DNA of 64,000 nucleotides from Lingula anatina (Eukaryota > Animalia > Brachiopoda): the NCBI GenBank assembly GCA_051362555.1, contig CM120640.1, positions 26,770,225-26,834,224 of the forward strand, written 5' to 3'. The translations under genes and the position numbers were made by a program. Shown here piece by piece: positions 54,901 to 64,000 of this stretch. The first letter of the stretch is position 1. Every line of letters begins with the position of its first letter. Under the pieces are notes generated by a model that was not told the DNA's origin, did no database searches, and saw nothing but the letters and a program-made list of their open reading frames with translations.

Positions 54901-57900
54901 CACAGGTGCTCAAGGTAAGATATGCCCATACTGTTTGATTTGAATAATATATGTCAGTATTGTGCAATTTCACATATCAATAAGTATTATTTGAGAATAT
55001 AAAGCTTAATTACATGAAATTGGATGTGCAGTTGATGTGCAACTACCTTTGATCCTGATTTTTTTCATTTTTCTCAGAAAATTTAGCTTTACATAACTGA
55101 TGCTGTTTGCTTACCATTTTAGGCTACAGCCAGTGCTGGAAACCTTGGAGTTCTCATACCAGTTATAGCAATGGTAGGTACTTCTACCTCTTCTCAAAAT
55201 TTTACTCATCATTGTAAACTTATTTTTATAATTTTACACATCTCAGCTGACTGTAGTGCATAACATCACCTGCTTTGTATTTTTTACTTTAAACTTTCTT
55301 TTTGTCGCAGATAAATAATATATTTGTCTTATTCAGGTTGTGAAGAGGCTGCCACCCATAAAGCAACCCAAAAACAGACTGTTAAAACTCTTCAGAGATT
55401 TTTGGAATTACTGTGTGGTACTTGGTTTTGCAGTCGAAGATTCAGGTGAAGTAATCCTCGTAATATAAAATATGACTTAGATAGTAAAATTTTTCCTGCT
55501 ATGCAGTTCATGTCTTTCATGGAAACAAGATATTTACCCTGAAATCTTAATGATTTTTGTGAAAAATGTTACATGCATCTTACGGAATAGAGATTTAAGC
55601 AAAGGAAAAATAACCTTTATATCATAATAAAAATCAAGGAAAAGTATTTATAGACATACCTGGCTATTTACAGCTAATGTCAGGCATTTCTTATCATACT
55701 TTAGGATTTTGGCCCAAGGAATGGTTTGAAGGTCTCTGTGAGATTGCCTGCAAGTCTCCACTGTTGTTGTCCAAGGAACACTTGAGATCTGAACTCCTCT
55801 ATAATTCTGCTCTCAGAGATGACTCTGTGGCACCAGTAAGTAATGTGCAAATAGCGTATTGAGTTAGCTGTGAAAAACACTCCACAAGTAGCCCCACATA
55901 GGCAAGAAATTGCAATAAATTTGTCTTCGCATAAACAGATTTTTTATGATCTGTAAAAAAAATTCATTAAATCATTCTGAATGAACAGAAAAGGCAAAGT
56001 TGCTATTGGCGTTATTTTTTCCAGTTATATGATCATAATACATTTAATATAGACTGAATTGAAATGTTGACAACTATGTATACCTGTACATAGACAGTTA
56101 ATTTCTACTAGGCTAAGCTGAATGAGTTGAAGGGAGAGATATGTGCCCAGTTGGAGCACCCTCCAGATGCTGTCCCTGTCATCAACAAGCTCAGCTTTTC
56201 ACAGCTCACATATCTACTCTCCGTCTACAAACTGGAAACACTGAGGTAAGCGGCTTGATTTGTTGATCATCATCATCATCATCATCATAATCATCATTAT
56301 GCTATTATTGTCATTATTTTGGCAAATAAGTTCATGGCAGTAGTTGCTACTATATATTGGCATGACCAGCACACTTTGTAACATGCATGTAACTACAAAT
56401 GCAGAATCGCTTTGTATTGTTTCATATTGTTTTTTATTTCAGAGTTGCTTATTCTGATGATCCCTTGGCCTTCCAGTTGATATTTCAGTATCTAGAAGAT
56501 GGCACAATTCTAAAGGATAAAGCAGGTAAAGCAGTTTACTGTGGGTGTACTTTCAGAAATATTTAGAAGGAGCTGTCAGTGAAAGCTATGTATGTTTGAT
56601 GCATAACTGTTTTCAGGAAGAGTACCATGAATTCACATGAATCAAGTGCACTGCTGGTGCAACTTGTGACATGATTTTAGATCCAGTACATACTGTTTTG
56701 CTTTCTATCATTCAGGCATGTGGTATTGTATCCAAGCTGTTGCAGACCAATCCTTCAAGATGTTCCTTAATGTCATGGCAGAGAAAGTAAGTACACTTAT
56801 TTAATTTTATAGTACAATTGTTAGTTAATGATAACTGTAATGCTGTTTTCTGTATACTTTAAATATCTAGTAGTTGATATTATCAGAAATAATGTTTCTG
56901 CCTGTTATATTTTGTATTGTATATGAATTACTCTGTGTATTATATTTCTTTGTCGAATTACAAAAGAGATGTTTTTCCGTTAATGATTATGTTATGAGTC
57001 TTGTGCTTTTTCCTCAATATCTAGCCAAAGACAGAAGCCAGAGAAAAGGAGTTAGAAATGCATGGACAGTTTTTCCTTGTGAAGTTTAACCATGTTCACA
57101 GGAAAATAAGAAAACTGGCAGATACATACCTGACAGGATTATTTAACAGGTATGGTGAGAAGAGATCCATCGCATTTAGAACTTAATATTTATATGTTTT
57201 TTTCACATAACTAGGTGTAATGTGATACATATGTGATGTTTAGTATTGTTGGTATTGCATGCAATTAATTTTATTGTGGCAATCACTTTAATACATATTT
57301 TGATTGAATATCTTGGAACCTTTTCAGATTCCCAAGTCTGTTGCTGAGTGGAACAATTTTAACTACCATGTTGGATATTTTGCAGTTACTGTCCTTGTCT
57401 CTGGAAGTGGTAAGTAGTCTTGAATGTTTCACACTTGATGGATTTGTTCTCACATGATATTATACAAGCTGACCAATGCGACAGTTGTGAAAAATACGAT
57501 GAAGCTTTACTAAATGGGCTGTGTTTGTGGTTTAAAATTTAAAAAGAACAAGGAAATAGAAAGATATCAGAGAAAACTTAAAGAATTATTTTTCACTTCC
57601 TCAGGACCCTAACCAGGAAGCCCCAGAGTTAAAAGTACAAAATACTCCACACACATTGAGGATCATGGACAACCTAGATGATAGAGAGGTAGGATTAATG
57701 TGTTGTCAAACAAATGGATTTAATTGCATACCATTAAAATTTGATTATGGAGACTGTATGAGGAAAGTAGTTTTATCCAATGTCCAGTTCACTCTTTCTC
57801 CATATTAATATACAAGGACATTCAGTCATTTTTGACTTCAGCTCTGTTTATCAGTGAAAGAATCAAAATTTTGACCCAAAACCTTATCATGCTATTAAAC

Positions 57901-59870
57901 TGTCATCTCTTACCTCAACAGAGCACAGTGAATGACTTTGCTGCTCGCTGTACAGACATCCTGAAGGAGGTAATGAAGTGGGCTCCCAACGCTGCCCGCT
58001 CATTTCTCATAGAGTACCTGCTACAGCTTGAAAACTCTCAGTTTGGATTGTCCCTACACAGTGGGCTGGCCCTGGCAACAGAGAGTGTGCTGAAGTATGC
58101 TGGATATAACAGACAGGCTGCACCACTGGGGGTAGGTTTCTGACAGGGCACTGAGAGATACTGGACCTATCGTTAATAAAGTCAGCTGGTCCTGTGTAAA
58201 AAATATTGGTCTGATACTGGTAAAAAAATCTCTGACTGCCCACAGTTTTGGAAAGAATATATAGGGTTTCCTTAAAAGCTAATGCATCAAGCGTTTTAAA
58301 AAGTTTAAGATAATCTAATAGAAGAATTATTTTTTATTTTTTGATAAATTTTGTAACCCAACTTAGATAGCACATTACTGTTTTCTTTATTCCATATTGC
58401 TTGATTTTAGACTCTGACTCTGAGCAGGAGACCAGCATGTGTCACCAATGATTCCTCTACATTTATGTCATACTTCAGCCTCAGGAGCAGGTATACTGGA
58501 GAGGTAAATTATTTGCATTGGTATAACATGTAAGGGGATTGGGGCAAATTCGATGTATCAAATTAAGGTAAATTTTTGCTAAGTGTGATAATGTCTTGTT
58601 TACAAGGTTCATTACTTGTAAAAAAATCATGTCATTTCAAGATTCTTTTGCAAAGTTATAATGGTTAGCAGAAGTAATGATTTTAAGTTAGTTCAACCAA
58701 AATTTGAAATATGGATGATATGAAAAAAGTATCCAGTTAGTAGGTTTTTAAATGAGAGAAAGTCGGCATCAAGAAAAGAGTATTGAAATCATGTTCAAAT
58801 CTGCTTTTGGAATAAATTGCACCAAAGAATACAATGACTGATGTAAATCAAGTGAAAAAAATACATGGTTATATCATTTGCCTTTTTTGCATTTGATCAT
58901 TTATTAATTAAAAACTCAGTAGATTTGTTTTTGTGCCTAAATACACAGTACAGTACATGATTTACATGTTTTTCTACCTAGGTTCATGGTATGAAAGCTG
59001 CCTTTCAAGGAGATGACAAGGCTCTGGTTAAACTGCTGTGCAGGCAGCTAGATCAAGCCTGTATGGAGAATAGTATGTATACACCAAGAATTTAGCCTAA
59101 GTAGAAGCTAAATATTAAGTTGATAATATTATATTATTTCACTTCACGTATAGAAAAACCTAGAATCATATCCACAGTTAATTGTCTCTAGGTAGGAGAA
59201 AAAATGCCTCCAAATGCAAATTTTTTTTCCTTCATAAATCTTACTTTTTCCATTTCCAGAAATTGAAGACTTTCGTCAATCTCTGTTCCGAGTAACTGCA
59301 TTGCTCATTTCTAATGAAGGTAGGATTATACATTTGCCACATTACTTGTACAGTTTATTTGTAAAAGAATTAAGATAAAATAAATGATGTCATATTTTGG
59401 GTCTTATTTGAATGTCTCTTTAAATGTAGTCTTTATTTGACATAGTTATAGCTCTTGTTTGTGTATACCCAACCATGCACTGTTTACTTCACTGAAGTGC
59501 AATTACTGTGATTTGTAATCTCTTTGAGCAAATATGCTATTAGTTTCCTTAGGTTGTCATTGTTTCATCCAACCTTTTCCTCTAGGATCTGATCGTCAAC
59601 TTCTTCATCATGTCTGCTGGGCCCCAGTGAAGGTGTTCACTGAGAGTGCAATGTCAGCAGCTGTAGCTTGCTGGGACTGGTTGCTGGCTGCCAGACCTGA
59701 CCTCAATCTACAGGTAGGTGAAAGGTTTAACACGCAGCCATACTGAAAATTATACATTAAATATATCATTATAATATCCTTGTTGTTGACTTGTTGATCT
59801 CAACCATTTCTCTTATTGTTTTACACATTTGAGACAGAATTGGGTGAAGTCGTTAATCCATTTAATTATC

Positions 59871-59901
<31 letters not shown>

Positions 59902-62900
59902 ACCTACCTGTGCCATATGCATATTCTATTGTTGTATATGTATACAAATAGGTGATGCAGGAGATGGCATGTGCCTGGCAGATGACAATGGACCTGAGAC
60001 TGGGGATGTTTTCTGTGGATAAACCAGAGACCAGCCCACTTGCTGCCTCAGAGAATCACATACCTAAGCCACAGCCACCAGATGTCAGCCCTCATCTGCT
60101 CTGGATTAAGGTAATAACTGAATTTTTATTAAAAAAAAAAAAAAAAATGTTTGAATTCAATTCCATGTTATGGATGAAGTAAAGTAAATGGTGTGCTATT
60201 GTTGTATGACATTTTTACACTTGGGGTAAACCAAAACGGGCTAGTGAAGAACTGGTTATTTTCTGATTGATAAAGTTCAGAACACCTTTTAATTGAAAAA
60301 AAAAATTAACTTCTAGTTTTGTACAGGATTTTTTTGTATTCCTTCTGTTCTTCCCTTTGCAGTTCTTTCAAGAGAGAATAGAAATTGCCAAGTATTGCAG
60401 CAATGACCAGGTTGACATCTTTGTCTCTCTCTTGAATAAAAGTCTGTCTATCAGTGTTGGGAAGCCAAACCATGTCATGTCCAGGCACATTGCCTCTCTG
60501 GGTGCTAGATTAAGGTATGACACTTTCTGTATTATTTTTTACTAGTTTTTTTTTTCTTTTCATGATAACAATCTTTCACGTCTTGTTTACTGCTGTTATT
60601 GACTTTATTTTGTGTGTCTTTAAAAATAATAAATGTTGTCATTGAAACATCAAGTTAAGATGATTAATTTTGTGTCAGCGCAATACATGTATATATTTCA
60701 TCTTAACAGTAAGTTAACACTGCACCCTTTGTGAAAATAAACTGTAAGAATATCTTATAGGTTAATTGCAAATATTTTAGGTGAAAAGTGAAGAAAAAAG
60801 ATTTGAATATATGATATATATATATGTCTTCTATGTATAATTTCCTTCTTGTAGGCTACTGAACATAGGCCTATCCTTGGTGCAGGGAGACATAATGCCA
60901 TCTAGTCACAGCAAGGGGGTTCTCAGGGAAAGAATTTATGCTGCAACACTGGATTATTTTAGGTAACTGCAATACATGTTCGAAAGGCAATTATTGGAGA
61001 AATGAATCCAATTTTTAATGAATCATAATAAGGATATGTAATCTTTGCAACAACAACAATAACAACAACAACAAAAATTAACGAACCATTTAGGTGTTCC
61101 TTCTTTCTATTTTTTTGGATGTAACACATAAGTCATAACAAATTAAAAGAGGATGCCTTATGATTTTTTTCACTGAGATTTTCAAAGTGTGTTCCTCTTT
61201 GTTAGTGTGGCTCCCAGGTGGCCAACCCAGCAAGGCTCAGATCTGAGAGATGACATCCTTGCTCTAGTCAAATACTGGACCAGCATGCACTCTGACAGGA
61301 AGTACCTCCAAGTGTCATCAGTTTTCCCTACAGGAGGTAAATTTATTAAGATAGATTATTTAAGTAGTGCATTTTATACCGACTTAATATGCTTTTGAGG
61401 TTGTGGTGAATATTGATATCGCTTTCAGCTTGGCACAGAGGGCCTTGTGGTTTGTTGCTTTTGACGACTTCTCCAAGTATAAAAAACCACTTATCGCCTA
61501 TACAAACTGTTATTATGCGCTTGATAAGAAAAAGTTCTGCATTAATGCATGGATTTTGTCTGTCAAGTTTATGCTATAGAAACACCCAAAATCAACAAAG
61601 CGTATGTGACATTCACAATGTGAAGCATGAGTTCATGTCACCTATACAAGTAGTATATCTGACTACAGTAAATGTTAAGAGACGAGACCCAAGCATGGTG
61701 TGTGCGTGTGTGCATGCGCGTACACCATATTAAGGTCTTTTGTTTTCAATATCTGCTATGTTAACTTTAATATGAATTCTTTGATGCCTTGTGTTTTCCC
61801 ACAGTTTCAGAAAATTATGATGCCGGTGGTCAGAACATGCTCTCCTTGACCCCTACTGACATGAGGTCAGGCAGTGAGTTCTCCCAGAGATCCCATGTTC
61901 CACAACAAGGCTGGATTAATATGTCTCTCTCCAGTAATATGTCTACCATTTCAAAGCGCTCCTCAGGTGTGTGCTTAAGTTTTTTCTATGTATCAAATAT
62001 AAATATATCAGGGGAAGTTACTTTGGTTATTGCTGATTTTACCATGATATATAACCTTTAAGTCTGATATCTAATGTTGCTAACTGACAAAAAAAAGCTT
62101 ATTGCCATGTTGGAGTTATGATTCTCATACATGTACATTGATTTTTGCATTAAATGGAAAGACAGTATGTTATTAAGTTTGGAAGTATTTTGGATCCTGA
62201 ACAGACGAGAATAGATACTTAAGTATTATTCATCAGTATTGCATTCATCAGCTGAAATGTATTAGTATAGATTTTCAACATATGCTCTATTTAGGGGGAC
62301 GTAAGAGTCGTGGTAGGTCCATTGGTCGCAGTGGCTATGTGAAAGATTACATAAAGAAGAGGAATTACATCCTCTCACTGTTGGTAAGATAGTGTGTGGC
62401 AGCATTAAAGTTATAAAATTGTCATTTCTGATGAGTATGTTATGTTTCAGTGCTGCAATGTTTCTGATTTCAAGTAAGCCTGGGCCAAATATTGACAATG
62501 TCTTTAGACGTCTAAATTAATTCTAGTATTCAAAATTTTCATAGGTGCTCGTTACAATGGGCTTTTGTCTCCAGTGGCAAGCCCTTGTCCTGTTCATTTT
62601 AAAATGCTTATGTGACCTTGAGATATGTTTTCTAGGCTAATGAAGCAGAACGTCTGATCACCTGGCACAATCCACTGCAACAGCAGGATCTTTTCGTCCC
62701 TGATGAGGACAAGATAGCAGCATGGAGAAATACACAGGTTACAGAGAAACAGTACAAAGAGATGGCCAACTGGGCCTGGGAGATCTCTCCAGCATTAGCA
62801 GTCATGCTGCCACTAAGGTACATAGAGGGCATTTTGTTTTGTTTTTTCTATTGAGTATTTTTATTTCTTTCTAGAGTTTTTACGTATCTTAAAAAAACAA

Positions 62901-63749
62901 CAACTGTTCATACAATTCATGTATTTTATTGTCTAATTCAAAAGAGGTGGACTAAAATTCCCCTTTGATATAGATTCCAGAATTCTGAATCCCTGGTGAG
63001 GGAGGTGACCCGCCTAGTGCGCCTCAACCCAGATGCTGTATCACATATTCCAAGTGCCATACAGTATTTAGTGACTACAGAAACAGTGGAGAGGGACTCA
63101 CCAGAGGTGTGTACACTGTAAAATAATGCAATATTTCCAGATGTTTGATAGGACACAGTGGGAACTAATATATGATAGTCAAATAGTTGCTTGATAGGGG
63201 TAAGGCTTATGATCAGCTTAAGATTAAAGGACCAGGAGAGGATCCATCTTCTTTCATAGATCTGTCAGAATATACAAAGGTATACTCTCACTGACATGAC
63301 ACATAGTAATTGCAAAATGTACATGTTTACTTTCCAGTTGACCCACATATTGAACTGGGCCCCAGCTCCCCCGACAACAGCTTTATCCTACTTCTCAAGG
63401 TTGTACCCAGCACACCCTCTCACTGCACAGTATGCTGTCAAGGTGCTGCGCTCTTATCCTCATGTGAGTAGCTTCTGGCTTCTGTGCAAGTATATCTGTT
63501 TAGCTGGATTATATCATTCTACATTGACTTCTCTTTAAAATTCATTTAGAATGAGTTTTCTTTGATTATTTCTTTTTTGTTTTGATAACTTTTTTGTGTT
63601 GGTTAAAACTTTAAAATGTTTGCCTTTAAATGTTTTTGTAGACTTCTGAACATCAAAGACAGTTTATGATTCACTTTTATGTGTTTTTTTCTTAGGATGC
63701 CCTATTGTTCTACATTCCTCAGCTAGTTCAGGCATTGAGATATGATAAG
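48947..63749 (+). CDS. PI4KA: Phosphatidylinositol 4-kinase III alpha, 5' part (39 exons, 1651 codons; kinase domain lies beyond the window)
   Basis: Exons: 48947-49036, 49536-49655, 49857-49950, 50161-50246, 50454-50526, 51199-51668, 51933-51998, 52226-52322, 52500-52700, 52944-53047, 53359-53627, 53855-53950, 54139-54322, 54474-54568, 54755-54914, 55123-55173, 55337-55445, 55705-55835, 56112-56245, 56443-56525, 56716-56786, 57025-57149, 57328-57409, 57605-57688, 57922-58131, 58411-58503, 58982-59072, 59260-59319, 59586-59713, 59952-60110, 60363-60514, 60855-60962, 61206-61336, 61805-61966, 62295-62383, 62636-62817, 62974-63106, 63338-63463, 63696-63749. All GT-AG and phase-consistent. Motifs [48 protein letters not shown] and [14 protein letters not shown] are typical of PI4KA/Stt4. 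An in-frame upstream ATG exists at 48935. Confidence 0.97.
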
Positions 63750-64000
63750 GTAACTTGTATATTTCTTCAATACTGTGGACATGAGACTTTGGCAGTAATA
63801 CTAAGTCAGACTTTAGATTCTTAAACTTTGATCAAGATTGTAGTTGAAAATGAAGTTTTTCTTTGTTTGGATGATTACTTAACCTCTTTCAGTAACATTC
63901 TGCAAATGCCGGATACTTAATTTTCTTTTGTAATATTTTTTCAAGATTTATCATCATCAGTTGCTTGCAAAATTATACTTTTTTAAGTCATTGTCAGCAA

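Noticed and set aside
1-64000. Remaining 60-130 aa ORFs of the six-frame track; CRISPR arrays, tRNA or rRNA genes
   Set aside because: The ORFs are intron read-throughs of the exons listed, antisense shadows or AT-rich noise. No regularly spaced repeat-spacer array, cloverleaf or rRNA sequence was seen; isolated B-box-like motifs (~1129, ~14597) lack tRNA context.

Overview
AT-rich, intron-rich animal genomic DNA, most likely a lophotrochozoan invertebrate such as a mollusc (inferred from repeat types and sequence style). No prokaryotic features. Three protein-coding loci were reconstructed by hand from splice sites and reading phase. (1) A small secreted neuropeptide precursor gene (+, ~2.7-10.3 kb), largely invisible in the ORF track. 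It encodes amidated PEF[I/V]-G-KR peptides and appears to have two alternative 51-codon signal-peptide first exons. (2) A complete THOC5 gene (-, 19 coding exons, 48696->17983, 689 aa) with a probable extra intron right after the stop codon. (3) The 5' 39 exons (1651 codons) of PI4KA (+, from 48947, running off the right edge), head-to-head with THOC5 across ~250 bp. The large THOC5 introns hold a decayed Tc1 transposase, a 5'-truncated RTE-type LINE, several MITE/foldback elements, SINE remnants and a ~1.18-kb tandem duplication of a Helentron/satellite-like repeat. Family assignments are from recalled sequence motifs; no database search was run.
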